Source: Octopus vulgaris (taxonomy: Eukaryota). Taken from it: a DNA stretch of 64,000 nt. The stretch spans positions 165,354,001-165,418,000 of the forward strand of contig OX597815.1 in assembly GCA_951406725.2 (NCBI GenBank), read 5' to 3'. A program made the position numbers and the translations under genes. A model generated the notes under the pieces. The model was given only the letters and a program-made list of their open reading frames with translations. It ran no database searches and had not been told where the DNA came from. Of this stretch, positions 37,215 through 51,485 are shown piece after piece; the first letter of the stretch is position 1, and every line of letters starts with the position of its first letter.

Positions 37215-38810
37215 GTGTGTGTGTGTGTATGTATTCTTTTTGGGAACGGTGATTCTCAAAGCAGATAAAGCTATAATTAACGTGTAAATAGTGGTTTTCA
37301 AAATACTCTTTGAATAAAAGGAGTGAAACGCTGCCCATGAGACCCAGCAATATATATATATATATATATATATATAATAGATAGATAGACGGACAGATAC
37401 ACACATATATATATATATACGTATATATATACATATACTTACACATACATACATATATATACATATATATATATATAAATATACATATATATATGCGTGT
37501 GTGTATAGATGGATGGATCGTCTTCTACGACACACAAGTCTTTAGAATGATATATATATATATGTATATATATACGATTCCTGTGACGAATGTGTTATAA
37601 GAGAATACTTGATCTATATATAGATGTACATGCCTATCGAAAGTGCTAAAAGAATACTGTTTGTCGATTAATATATTGTTTGGCTTACATCTAAATATAT
37701 GAGGTGTGTGTTTTTGTATATGTGTGTGTGTATGTATATACTCATATATCCATATGTATGTATATATATATATATATATATACATATATATAAATGATAC
37801 ATGTGGATGTGCATGTGAGTACGTGCGTGTGCGTTGCTGTGTGGGATTTGATCGATATTCGGCACCAGATGTAGAGGGAAGGATGGGGTACGGAGAGAAT
37901 GAGTTTATATATACATTCTGTATTGATTAGCGCATCGCCTCTGCTTTGCAAAATGCAATTGGATGTTTATCTGAACTGAGCAATCATTTAAGTTTGCCTA
38001 TTCTTACTAACGCATAGAAAATATTAAGCATACATACTCTCAATCTCCCCCTCTCTCACACTCCCTTTCTCTCAACCTCCCCTTCTCTCTCTTTCTCCCT
38101 TTCCGTCTCTGTTTCTCCATCTCTCTCCATCCCTCTCACACTTCCTCTGTCTCTCACAAACACATACACACAGGCACACGTTACCCCTTGCACACACATA
38201 TAAACATATAAATGTATGCATCCTCCATACTTTAAATCACATATTAATACGTAGATACACGTAAACAGAGACATAGATTCATGTATTTGAGAGAGATTTA
38301 AGCGAGCGATAGAGAGAGATTGAGCAAATGGGGGAAAAATGGCTAGGCTTCGTGAGAATCAAATATATAATGGAGACTACAGTAAAACAAAAATATTAAA
38401 AAAAATACGCAAGCAAAGAGATAATCTGGCAATAATTAGAGATAAAATGCGAAAATTATCTATTGTGAAAACATAGATGAAAACCAGAACTCTGCAGTAA
38501 TTAACCAGAAACTAGCAAACCATCAGAAAGGAATAGTATTCTGTTTTGATATAAAGCAATATCTAAATAATAAATAAGTAAATAAATGGAAAACAATCAT
38601 TCACATAAAACAACATTTTGAATAATAAAAAAAAAAACGATATTTTACATGAAACAATTTAAAAAAAAATTTTGTTTATTTATGATAATGATGGTGATGG
38701 TTGTGCTGTTGTTGGTGGTGAGTCGACGTCAGCCACGAGGAGCAATTGCTTTCTTAAGCATGTTCTATGTCGCTTTCGCTCTTATATATATATATATACA
38801 TATATATATG

Positions 38811-38874
<64 letters not shown>

Positions 38875-40151
38875 CCCATATATGCATATGTATATACATA
38901 TATATGTATGTACATGTATGTATATACGCGTATATAGCACACACACACACATATATATGTATATATGTATTATTTATATTATTATATGATCGAACTCCGC
39001 GCATCCGTTTCCAAATAAGTTTTATCTTAATAATTCCGATGCTATACTATTCTATCACTATCTATTCTTCTGATTCTTTTCTTCTTTCTTTCTATTTTCT
39101 CTCCCACCCTTTCTCTAATTCTTTTCCTCCTCTTCACCGTTCTCTATCTGTCCCTCTCACCCCTTACTCTTCCTCCTTGACTCTCGTTGCTCACACGTGA
39201 CCAGCGGCCATCTTTCTTCTAACTCGAATTTCTTTCTCCTTAAGCTACAAGACGCCGCACGCTTTTTGTCTGTCTCCTGTCAAAGCTTGTTTTTTCAGCG
39301 TTCACCACTTCACCTCATTATGGCTTAACAGCCCTTACCATTTGATCTAACTCTCCTGTTTTTGTTACCAATTTTAACCCTCTGCAAATCCCAAATTTTA
39401 TTTAATTTGCTTTGTGGTAACAACTGTTTTGACGAAGACGCCCCTTGTCCTAACGTTCCAGATGCGGCGTAGATAAAATAGTAGACAACTGATGAAGGGA
39501 GCATTGTTCTTCATGTTGCCTGTCTCACTTATCTATTTGTTTCTTTCGTTGTTCGCAAAAAAGTTCGTTTTCCATGTTTTGGTATTTCATGTTCTTGATT
39601 TTCATGATTTTCATGTTCTTTGATGTCCTGTACCCATATATGCATATGTATATACATATAAATGTAAGTATGTACATGTATGTATGTATATATGCATATA
39701 TATATATTATTTATATCATATTATATATATATATATATATATAATATTAATGACCCAACCTATCCAACACCACCCTACTTACAGGCACCCATCATCGATC
39801 ATATCATATCACTGACTCTTTCACCTGGTAGAAAAATAGCTAGTTTTAACTGCTATTTCTAAATTTTGGTATGTGGTGAAACAAATTTTTGCTGAACCCT
39901 AATTATAATTGTACTCATAATTATAAAAAGTTTTGTTTAAGTTTACCGATAATGGTTCTTTTAACATACCAAACTACTTGGTAAAATTATTAATTATTAA
40001 TTAATTAATTAATTTTACCCTTTATTATTATTATATATATGTATACATGTAGGTATATATATATATATATAATATATATATATATCCATATATATGTATG
40101 CGCATGTATATATATGTACCTATGTGCATATTATATACATGCATACATACA

Positions 40152-40322
<171 letters not shown>

Positions 40323-40919
40323 CTTTTATCTGTTCAGAAGAAAAGAATGAGCCACTTCTTTGCTACTCAGATTTTCGCGCTACGTTCTTTCTGTAAATCC
40401 TATTTCTTTTCGGTATTCATGGTGACGTAAAGAATGTATACCACTCAGAAGCAATGAAAGGCAAGAAGCGAGTATGGAAAGCGAACTGACGTATTTTATG
40501 AACGGATATTACAGGCAAAAGTCTGATAAGAACAAGAGGAAACATTAAAAAGATAACAGTCGGGGAAAGTGGGGTATATAAAGATAATGAGGAAGGCAAT
40601 GATGAAATACTGAGACATCAAAGAAAATATGGACACCCACAATGTCACTGAACAAAATAATAAAAAAGAAGGGAAAGACAAACAATAATTTAAGTTTAGG
40701 GACGATGGTCTTTGTGGATAGAAAAGGAGGGATACGGACACATTGTCATGGTAAAGGAAATTAAATGGATTTTACACCATTGTGCAGCAAAAAGTATTAT
40801 ATAAATGCAAACACTATCGTGTTTCCATGAAAAAAGCAAGAAGAGATGCGGAGCTCAAAAGAACGCGCGTGCTAGCAAATACGCTCGCACACGCACACAA
40901 ACACAGACACACACACACA

Positions 40920-41016
<97 letters not shown>

Positions 41017-41730
41017 CACACACACATTTTCCGTGGAGTTTTAATATTTGTTCGTTTCAGAACCAATGCTTTAACTCTTTGAAAGAAGAAAGCGAATATA
41101 AATCCCTCAAAATTTTATTATCCTTGACGGAGGAAAGCGTTTTACCTGACGGCTTTGAAAAAAAACTTTTCCTTAAGCTGCGAGAATCGGAGAAACACTC
41201 AGGGACACATTTCACAAGAGACATTTTCTCAGATTCTTTCAATTTATTCCCATATTTCATCAGATATTTCTTTACAGAGCGGGAATCAAACGTTTTAAAT
41301 GTTGAATAGGAAAACCGAATCTACAGAAAATACTGAAAATGTATTGCAGAAGCAGAAAATACCAATTCTAGTTTTGGGGCGGATAAATAACATCATTACG
41401 GGAGTGACCATGAATTTAGATTACTCATTCAAAGGATTAAAGAGTAAATGAGGATCGCTGAGTGTTGAAGCTTTGTTTTCTAGTATAAATTGACTCTAAG
41501 CGTTATAAAAGAATAAACGATAATTTTTCTTAAACATTGAAATCTCAAACATGAAAATGTATGTATCTGTCTGTATGTATGTATGCATGTATGTCTGTGC
41601 GCACGTGTATATCTGTCTGTTTGTCTGTCTGTCTGTATGTATGCATGTTTGTATAGGTTAAAATAGAAAGAAAGACAGTTTGGTAAGACTTGACAAGGAC
41701 ATTTAATTTAATTTAGCTATATAATGAAAA

Positions 41731-42060
41731 ATTTCGATTCCCAGACCGGGCGTTGTGAGTGTTTATTGAGCGAAAACATCTAAAAGCTCCACGAGGCTCC
41801 GGCAGGGATGGTGGTGATCCCTGCTGTACTCTTTCACCACAACTTTCTCTCACTCTTACTTCCTGTTTCTGTTGTACCTGTATTTCAAAGGGCCGGTCTT
41901 GTCACTCTCTGTGTCACGCTGAATATCCCCGAGAACTGCGTTAAGGGTACACGTGTCTGTGGAGTGCTCAGCCACTTACACGTTAATTTCACGAGCAGGC
42001 TGTTCCGTTGATCGGATCAACTGGAACCCTCGTCGTCGTAACCGACGGAGTGCTTCAGTC
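41731..42060 (+). mobile_element. SINE family C, 5'-truncated at the B-box
   Basis: Matches the reverse complement of 6984-7300; 10-bp target duplication ATAATGAAAA (41721-41730, 42061-42070). Confidence 0.85.
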
Positions 42061-42095
42061 ATAATGAAAATATAGATAGTCTCTGGTGGCTGTTT

Positions 42096-42527
42096 CTAAG
42101 ATATACCAGCTATTGGAACATCGTGCCGAGCGAAGACCCACATGCTGAGTAACAGTGACCATTTTCTGCCTTCTGTTACTTGCTTGCTGTTAGCTACCGC
42201 ATCCTCTTCTTTCTCAAAAGTTACCTCTACAGTTCCGTATTCTTTTCCTTTGTTTATGAACATAATTTTCTCCTCTATGCTGTTCAAAATTAGTGTCTCA
42301 ATCTCATTTTCTGGTGCTCTCTCTATCCTTCTGTTTTCATTTGAAAAGGTTCGAAATTTAACTGTTCTTCTTTCTATTTTCTTCTTCTCTTCTTCTGGCA
42401 TAACAAGTATTGTTAATTCTTCCTCGAACTTCACCATGTTGCTATATTTTCTTAACTTCTTTATATTCCACTGTATCTCTTGATGCTTCAGCCTTCCTCC
42501 GTTCATTGCTTCCCGCGTTTCTGCCAC
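42096..42527 (-). pseudogene. LINE ORF1-like fragment
   Basis: 143-aa non-repetitive ORF, similar by eye to 17308-17664. Confidence 0.45.
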
Positions 42528-42731
42528 CTCCGCATAAGTTTTTTATGTCATTCTTTCTCGTTCCGCACAACATGACGGTCTCGCATCAATCGGTCTCACT
42601 TCTCAAAAACAAACTCAAAAGAGTGATAATCACCAGCTAGTGATGAAAAACTAATTCCACTCGCAAATTACTATATGCTTTTTTCAGCGACAAACTGTCG
42701 CTGATCTCGAAAAAGGAGAAATAAGCCATAT

Positions 42732-43019
42732 TAAATCTCTGAGCGAGAGATAAACAGTAACAGTACGGAATCGGAAAATATATTTGCTAACTAAATGCGG
42801 CGGTCCCATTAGCTGATGATTATCACACACTGAAGACAGATAACTACTCAGAAACCCGGGTCTGTGTGTATCATGTAAGGCTAGTGATGGGAGCGATGAC
42901 TTCCCCTCGCAAATAGTAATCGGACACAGACAGTGTGTTGTTAGTCAGCTGGAAGAGATGTCTTCCTGGGGCTAAAAACAACAGTAACATCGTCCTCTAT
43001 GGGACCGCCACATTTAGTT

Positions 43020-43024
<5 letters not shown>
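42732..43024 (+). mobile_element. PLE pseudo-LTR-like element with type I hammerhead motif
   Basis: Homologous to 29959-30279; inverted pair ~42778-42809/42999-43030; runs into (TA)n. Confidence 0.65.
42824..42869 (+). ncRNA. minimal type I hammerhead ribozyme motif
   Basis: CACACA-CTGAAGA-cagataactactca-GAAA-CCCGGG-TC-TGTGTG: 6-bp stem I, canonical core, palindromic stem III and GUC site. Stem II is weak. Confidence 0.6.
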
Positions 43025-43073
<49 letters not shown>

Positions 43074-43298
43074 AGGGTATAACTACATGTTATGTTTCCA
43101 TATTCAGAACATGAGTACTATTGTACAACTTACTATGTAACATTATGCAAATTCTTGATTTTATTAAGTACCATTTCTGCAGGTAATACATCTGCGATTT
43201 TTTTTCAGACATGTTGCCGAACATTTTTGTTACATATATTCACAGATACATACACACATACACACGCACACGCACACACACACACACGCACACGCACG

Positions 43299-43421
<123 letters not shown>

Positions 43422-45439
43422 ACACGCATACACGCACGCACATCTTCAAGTTTATATATTTCAAGTCGTTTAGATGGGAATTATTCACAGACAGTAATAC
43501 TGCTCATAAAACCGGTATTTATCTCCACATTCAGCGGAGGGTAATAGACTATTCACTTGATAGAACAGTAGTTTTTTTGCATAGTAAACGAAGGACCCTT
43601 TCCATATTCATTTGATCTGCCTTGCTGGAAGTAGTATCTCAAATCTTCCTCAAATTGTATCTTACTTTGTTAAATAAGAAAAGGACACAATGGATGATGT
43701 AGTCCTAGGCATAACCCTAAAAAGACGGGCTGATTACAGTTGGGAAACCTTTGATCGCGATGAAAGTTGACCTCGGGTCAAATAACAAAAAAAAAAAAAC
43801 AACTGCAGTAGCAGTAGACGAAACAGCATCATCATCATTATCATTAACATCAACAACATCACTGACAATAACGTCAAGATCTCATCATCACCAAGAAGAA
43901 GAAGAAGAAGAAGAAGAAGAAGAAGAAGAAGAACAACAACAACAACAACAACGACATCAGTCAGTCTACCGTTAATCTTATTCTCTGAATATCTAGTATC
44001 CACAAGCAAAAGCTAGTTGAATATAAATGTAGAGAATTAAGCCAGTTGCCCAGAGATACAACGTAAAGTCTACATAAGCTTATCCTCCTGACCATTTTGT
44101 GTGTTTTGATTGTTTCGTTTTTGTTTTTCGTTTTTTTTGTTGTTTTTTGTTGAATAATAATAGAAGTGGTGGTGGTGGTGCGTGTGCGTCTGTGGGGGGG
44201 GGATATTTATTGAACAGAAGTCGCTTTTGCATTTTATCTTTATTTATGAAAAGAACAAATTAGATCCATACAAATCCAATATGTTAGTGTTGCTTGTATT
44301 ATCGATCCAATTTAGGATAAAAGACTAAGTTGAAACTAGCTGGATTTGAATGCAAAATCGTTAGTCACTGTAACTGACATCGTATTACTATGTAATTCGG
44401 TTCTCTACCTTCAAGACAACTAGAAATGTTCTTTTTTATTCTATAGACATGAGATATTTTGGTACGGATGAGTCATTTGACAAGATTCCAATTTATTGCT
44501 GATATTTCCTTGAGTTTCACTGCAGTCGTAGAACATGAGATATGTTCCTGGCAAGCTGGGATCGTAATGCGGTTTCTAACATCGGTAAAAGATAATTGTT
44601 CTCTTCTTTCTTAGAATCGGTTACACTGTACTGCTCAAAGGTTGTGTAAGAATCACTCACAGTGTTCATTTCCTCCAAGAAATAGAGGAGAGTTGAGTCA
44701 GGGGCTAACAGCTTCTTTTCTGGCATAATTAAAAATCTTCCAAAGTATTCAGAGAGCATGATGAACGTGGACGGACCAATATACTGTGTAGCACGAAATG
44801 TCTAGAAAGTTGGAATTACAACGCGGCTTCCACACCCTAGTTAAAGATAATTCTTTTATATTTCATCGCGAATCTCCCTGGAAAACGCCTCAAGACCATA
44901 ACTTCAAATTTATACTGCCTCAAATTATAAGCTGTCTGTGCCTAATGAAAAGAAAAGCGGTGCTTTCCCTAAACTACAGCGCATCAAGAATACGACCTGA
45001 TCCTCATGGTTTTTATTTCAGTTATGCATTCAGTACGCCACTTATGCTACTTACGACACCTATGCCACTCATGCTTTTCCAAAACGTCTGAACATCTCAA
45101 TTAATTTCCCATCGAGACGGAAAAGGAACGAACTCATACGGCCAATACGCTCTATTTTCTGAAATTTGTTGGCGAGCGCCCAAGAAAAAGCGTTAAGTTT
45201 CTAAGCAGATGGAGTCTAAGTTACATATTTCCCTTATATTTACACCGCCAATGCTTCTAGGAAAGTCATGGACATAACAAATTATTCTTCTAGAGTAAAA
45301 TAGAAGAAAATATATCGACACTGGTGTGAAAAAAGGATTAGTTGATATGGTAATGACTAAAAGTAAGACCGCTTAGTCTGTTCTGCTTCTCACGCATCGG
45401 TACTATTTTCATATATTAGAAACATCATATAAGAAAATA

Positions 45440-45660
45440 TGGGTTGGTAACTCTAGGACGGGTCTTTTTAGGATTTTAAGGCGTGTCTAGTGGGAGTGAC
45501 AGATCCGAATGATTAGTTATTCCAAGAACCAGAAAAAATTCTCATAATGTTTAAAAGCATGACGTAAGCCAAACTGAAGTAGCAACATTCAGATTTAACA
45601 TTATCCAATGCACACCTTAAAAATCCTAGAAAGGCTCACCCTCGGCGTTACCAACCCACA
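45440..45660. mobile_element. degenerate MITE-like inverted repeat
   Basis: TGGGTTGGTAAC...TAGGATTTTAAGG versus CCTTAAAAATCCTA...GTTACCAACCCA. Confidence 0.5.
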
Positions 45661-46074
45661 CTTTCTTTCTAAATCATAACATGAGTTCAGACCACTACGA
45701 TCAAAAAGTATATCAAGAGCCAGCAAGAGAGCTTGTATATGGTCGCTCGACATGCTAAAAATAGCAGCCTCATCTCTCTTAAATCATAACCTAATGTCTG
45801 GAAAAAGCGGGGACAAATTGGATAATGAAATTATAGATGTTTTATTTCAAAAAAAAAAAAAAAAAAAAAAAGGGTGAATCACGGATTCAATGCTTTTGAA
45901 TATAGGAAAGCGATGGGTATGTTCGATCGGAGTTGGTCTATGATTAAACAATAGCAAATTTACATAAACAGTATAGGAGTTTCTCTTATGGTATCTACCG
46001 CAATGTAGTTTGTTCTAGCAGAAGATCTACGTTTAAGTGGAGATAAATATTACCTCTCAATATTAATACTACCT

Positions 46075-46309
46075 GAAGACGGTGAGCTGGCAGAAACGTT
46101 AGCACGTCGGGCGAAATGCGTAGCCGTATTTCGTCTGCCGTTACGTTCTGAGTTCAAAATTCGCCGAGGTCAACTTTGCCATTCATCCTTTCGGGGTCGA
46201 TTAAATAAGTACCAGTTACGCACTGGGGTCGATGTAATCGACTTAATCCGTTTGTCTGTCCTTGTTTGTCCTCTCTGTGTTTAGCCCCTTGTGGGTAGTA
46301 AAGAAATAA
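46075..46309 (+). mobile_element. SINE family B (Nin/Deu-like domain)
   Basis: tRNA-like head and GTCAACTTTGCCATTCATCCTTTCGGGGTCGAT..AAGTACC; 16-bp target duplication AATATTAATACTACCT (46059-46074, 46310-46325). Confidence 0.88.
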
Positions 46310-46678
46310 AATATTAATACTACCTCTGTCGCTAATAAATATTGTTTAATAACCTCACTGACTAATCGTGACACCAGCACCTGTTCAGACACTGTTTTTC
46401 TATATACATATTAGCTAGCGGGGAGATGAGTCGCTGCTTTCTCTAACGGCTGAGCATCCATCATTGACAAAACTAAAGAAGGTCGAGATCACATAATCAG
46501 GAGGTCTCGGCCTTGGAGGTGACAGGGATTTATCTCTCCGCTACTGATATAAATAAGGGTGCATTTTGGTCTAAAAGCCAATATGGCGCCTTCTCTTATG
46601 GTATTTACGGTAATATAATTTGTTCTGACAGAACATCCACGTTTAAGTGGCTATAAGTTCTACCTCTATGTCACCAAT

Positions 46679-46972
46679 GTGGAAGCACAGGGCCTAGTGG
46701 CTAGCGTAGCGGACTCCCGGTCGAGGGATCGCGAGTTCGAATCTCAGACCGAGCGATGTGTGTTTACAAGCGAAACACCGAAGCTCCACGCGGCTCCGGC
46801 AGAAGGTAATGGTGAACTTCTGCTGACTCTTTCGCCACAACTTTCTCTTACTCTTTCCTCTTGCATCCAGCAGCTCACCTGCGATGGACCAGCGTCCCGT
46901 CCAGGTGGGAAACTTATACACCAATGAAACCGGGAAGCTGTCCCTTGGCTCGAGAAGGAACAAACAACAACA
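46679..46972 (+). mobile_element. SINE related to family C with a different 3' half
   Basis: A-box GGCCTAGTGG, B-box GAGTTCGAATC, family C body, then CCTGCGATGGACCAGCGTCCCGTCCAGG and a (CAA)n tail. Confidence 0.8.
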
Positions 46973-47536
46973 ATGCCTCTAATATGGCTTCAACTATTAA
47001 CCACTTCACACACATCACCCTAATTACTAATCTTTCAGGCCCAGTTTCTCGATTCCCACTCTTACGCTAAATTCTGAATATTTTAAACAACACAAAATGC
47101 TGGTTAGAAAACTATATTCCAGGTTGCTAAGACTATTTACGAAAAAAAAAATCACCAAGAATTTGCGATTTCCAGAATATGGAACTAGAGGGATCCGTTC
47201 TTGTTCACTTCCTTAAACCGATACCTATACGACATACTCATATCTCTTCAAAAAGATTACTGCAGCTTCCAGCATACACGCCATCAGACTCATGTCCTTC
47301 CACCATTCTACAGATGATAACGCGCTACTGTTTCAGACATATATCAATCGCAAAGGAACCTGGGTCAAAGGGAACAGACATAAAACCATCACTTACTAAT
47401 TCCACTGTATTCTCTGTAATCATCATACTTAGCAATATAAATAATCCCTATACACAGACAAAGCAAAAATATTGGGAATTACATGCAACAAATTTTACAA
47501 CGCCTACAGCAAACATAGATGGTATAAAAAGAAAAT

Positions 47537-47769
47537 AAGGCGGTGAGCTGGCAGAATCGTTAGCACGCCGGGCGAAATGCTTAGCAGTATTTCGTCTGCC
47601 GTTACGTTCTGAGTTCAAATTCCGCCAAGGTCGACTTTGCCTTTCATCCTTTCGGGGTCGATAAATTAAGTACCAGCTACGCACTGGGGTCGATATAATC
47701 GACTTAATCCGTCTGTCTGTCCTTGTTTGTCTCTTCTGTGTTTAGCCCCTTGTGGGAAGTAAAGAAATA
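47537..47769 (+). mobile_element. SINE family B (Nin/Deu-like domain)
   Basis: Close copy of 46075-46309; 16-bp target duplication GGTATAAAAAGAAAAT (47521-47536, 47770-47785). Confidence 0.88.
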
Positions 47770-48925
47770 GGTATAAAAAGAAAATGAACCAGCGTATACA
47801 TTCACGTAGATCAGATACAGGTAAAAATCAGTGGCGTATGGTTGTTGTATTGGTTGTGCTACCACATCCAATGTCACCAAATTTCAAGAAGGGGCATAGC
47901 AAGAGTTTTCCATTAAGATTTGTGATTAAATTAATGAGTAAAGCTAATATTTATAATAAATCTTCCATTTTCGATGGGTGTGCAGCGCACACCTAGGACA
48001 CTCGAAATATACGATCCTGGGTAACATATTTGTTAAGCATAACAGTAGAGTAAAAAGACTACGCGGGCACCCTGTATACCCGTAGAGAACCCACAGTAAA
48101 CAATAAGAAATACAAAACAGTTCACTTCATCTTATTATCACAATCCGCATTAATAGATCACCTGCAAAAACTAAAGAGTAGACACTAAAAATTTAAGACT
48201 ACCTGCACACGTGAGAATGAAATTCGCTACTGTAGCAAAGTTCAACCTTCATACTCCTTGACAGTACATCTAGGTACATCTGCAATATCGAGAACTCTAG
48301 TACAATACTATCCTAAAAGCATTGTTGCTGCTGTTCTGTTGAAATGAAAAGAATTAACCGTAGCATCGATATCGTAATTACCCTCTATAACTGTACTGCG
48401 ATATACGCGGCTAATTATAAGAGCAAGAGAAAATGCAACTGTTATTCTCTGATCACGCCCACTGTAGCTGCCTCCATGATACCAAAACCAGAAACTACAG
48501 ATGTCCAGAAATAGCCATGATTATGGACTGTCATACAACATCCCATAAGATTAATTACTATATGTCAGGGTGTGCAGTATAATATTCCGTGAGGCGGGGG
48601 CATTTTATATCGTGAATAATGGATAAGGTGGTGGCAGCTAATTGCTCTGCGGGCTACCTATATATGATAGGACTGCTCAGTCGGAGCTGATCTGGGGTTA
48701 GGCATCACGAAAAAACAAAAAAAAGCAAATAACATTTCTTTTGCGTTGGTAAAAGCTTCCGGAATTTCAAAAGAGGAATCGATTCAGATATATTAGTGAT
48801 GAATATGAAGTTTGGTCCACACAGTTTATAGCTGAAAAGATGCGGAGGAAATGAATACAATTTTATCAAAGGAAGCAGGAACTGCGATATTCATGCGCTT
48901 TTTTAGGGCATTAACAACTTATAAT

Positions 48926-48983
<58 letters not shown>

Positions 48984-49447
48984 CAGTAATAATAATAATA
49001 ATAATAATAATGACAGTAATAATAAATGTGTGTGTATGAGCACACACACATATACACACACATACATAGACACACAATCATGCACGGGACATTTAACGGA
49101 GAGGAAAGGGCAAATTATATAATTAATCTCTAACATAATTAATGCCTCAAGGGCACCAATTATTCAAGAAAAATATATAGTAAAGAGGAAAGGGAAACAG
49201 CTCAAAGGCATTAATTATATAAGTGATTAATAATGTAAAAGAAGAATCAAAACGTAGGTGTCACGAAATTGAAACCAGGATTTTAGCTTGGATACGAAAA
49301 TAGAAAGAATAGAAAGTTGCAAATGATAGCAATACTGTGAGTGATTAGAATAAATTTGAACTTCATTTTACACACGCACACACACGCGCGCGTTTGAGAT
49401 TACGAATGAGGGGAATAATGACAGAGTAATTTCAGTTCTATAATATA

Positions 49448-49828
49448 CTAGCAGTATCGCCCGGCGTTGCTCAGGTTTGTAAGGGAAATAACTATAAAGC
49501 ATTTTTAGAGAGTTATAGCCAAAAAATAGCAAAAAAATGGAAAAAAAATGATGGTAAATTTTTTTGAGAGTTAAAGGTAGAGTTGCGTCCCCTAGACGGT
49601 CTGTGGTTTGGGTTTCTAATTCTCGACCCCATGTCGAATTTATCGATTTTTTTCAGAACTGGGGGAACTTTTCAAAATTTTCTCTGCGTTAGTTTTGAAT
49701 TATGACATTGGGCTATGTGTGTGTCAAGTTTCATCAGAATCGGTTGAAAGCCGTGGTCAGAGTGAGGGTACGAGAAAACAGACACACAGAAACACGCACA
49801 GACAAACTGCCGTTTATATAGAGAGAGA
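49448..49828 (-). mobile_element. non-autonomous Helitron
   Basis: Minus strand A|TCTCTCTCTATATAAA ... CCTGAGCAACGCCGGG hairpin ... CTAG|T. Confidence 0.78.
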
Positions 49829-49962
49829 TACAACGGGATGTTGAAAATTTCTTAGCTTTAAGGGTATCGCGAAAGGGCTGGCTGGAGGCCTATCCTTCCT
49901 ATCCTTCCTATTTCTTTTACAGGGCTTAGAAAAACTGAAGAACCGCTGCAATTAGTGTTTGA

Positions 49963-50394
49963 ATCTTTTCTGCTCTAGGCACAAGGCCAGAAATTTTTGT
50001 GGAGGGCGCCAGTCGATAAGATCGACCCCAGTACGCAACTGGTACTTAATTTATCGACCCCGAAAGGATGAAAACCAAAGTCGACCTCAGCGGAATTTGA
50101 ACTCAGAACGTAAAAAACAGACGAAATACCTATTTCTTTACTACCCACAAGGGGTTAAACACAGAAGGGACAAACAAGGACAGGCAAACGGATTAAGTCG
50201 ATTATCTCGACCCCAGTGCGTAACTGGTACTTATTTAATCGACCCCCAAAGGATGAAAGGCAAAGTCGACCTCGGTGGAATTTGAACTCAGAACGTAGCG
50301 GCAGACGAAATGCCTATTTCTTTACTCCCTACAAGGGCTAAACACAGAGGTGACAAACAAGGACAGACAGAGCGTAACGGCAGACGAAATACGG

Positions 50395-50396
<2 letters not shown>
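49963..50396 (-). mobile_element. head-to-tail multimer of partial family B SINE units
   Basis: Repeated CGACCCCAGT.CG.AACTGGTAC...AAAGTCGACCTC...TTTGAACTCAGAACGTA blocks. Confidence 0.8.
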
Positions 50397-50463
<67 letters not shown>

Positions 50464-50473
50464 CATATATTTA

Positions 50474-51085
50474 CAGGGTGCAGTGAATAAACTGTCGTAT
50501 AAATTACGCAAAAATTTTAATAGATATTTTTACCAAAAGTACATAAAATTATCTTGAAATACTAAAGTGTAAATATGTTCAATGAAATCGCCATTGGGTT
50601 CAATCACGGCCTCCAGACGACTTCGGAATCTCGTGCAACTCTTCTGGATGGCCTCCTTGTTTAAGTTGATGAATGCTGCCATAATCCTTGCCTTCAGTTG
50701 ATCTTTGGTGTTACAAGAAGTTTGGTTGGTCTCTCGCTCAAATGTTTCCCACACATAATAATCAAGGGGATGGCAGTCTGGGGAGTGAGGTGGCCAGATG
50801 TTAGGGGTGACGCGGTGGCAGAAATTGTCTGACAGCCATGACTGGGTTCTCCTGCTTGTGTGGCATGGTACAGAGTCCTGTTGCCAGAAATAGGGTCTTT
50901 CAGTAGCCACCCTCTTCACCCACGGCAGCACTACCTCCTCCAGGCACTTAATGTAGTGTTGAATCTGATGTCATGTGGGAAGATAAATGAAGGTATAATG
51001 TCGCCATCAGTAGTGATCACTCAAAACACACTGATGTTGATTGGATGTTTGATTTTCATTACTCTCGGTACATGTCCTCAGATTG
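50474..51085 (-). mobile_element. truncated DD37D (maT) Tc1/mariner-superfamily transposon
   Basis: ORF 50530-50931 has WQQD-(37 aa)-D in WPPHSPDCHPLDY; terminus TA|CAGGGTG at 50472. Confidence 0.85.
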
Positions 51086-51372
51086 ATACCCAAACACTAT
51101 GAAATGTTCGTATTAGAGCTTCCGACGCGGATACCGATTTTGCTCTTAGTTCGGTCCCAAATGCCGGCTAATACAACGGTCCATATTCGATGCCTACTCG
51201 ATTCAAGTTGTTAGATATAGTTAAATTTTCTTGATGGGTAATTCCGTGTGTCCTATTCACGACTGCAACAGTGTGCAATCGCTGCAATGGAAACGCGTGT
51301 AAGTCATTGTAATATGTTGTAAATAACTAAAATAAATTATCCACGTGCAAATCTCGATTCTCATTATTAATG

Positions 51373-51410
<38 letters not shown>

Positions 51411-51445
51411 ACATATATATTATTAATGTTATTATACATATAATG

Positions 51446-51485
<40 letters not shown>

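Noticed and set aside
36800-37540. Long YI/IY-repeat ORFs here and at 27, 38-40, 55-56 and 58-60 kb
   Set aside because: (TA)n, (CA)n and (TATC)n lack stop codons in most frames; these ORFs are artefacts.
39488-39520. CTGATGAAG hammerhead start
   Set aside because: No GAAA core follows the stem. Similar partial motifs near 36500, 37310 and 40380 are too degenerate to call.
44517-45091. Non-repetitive short ORFs (also 47179-47538 and 4829-5130)
   Set aside because: No motif I can recognise with confidence; possibly decayed transposon sequence. An HMM search is needed.
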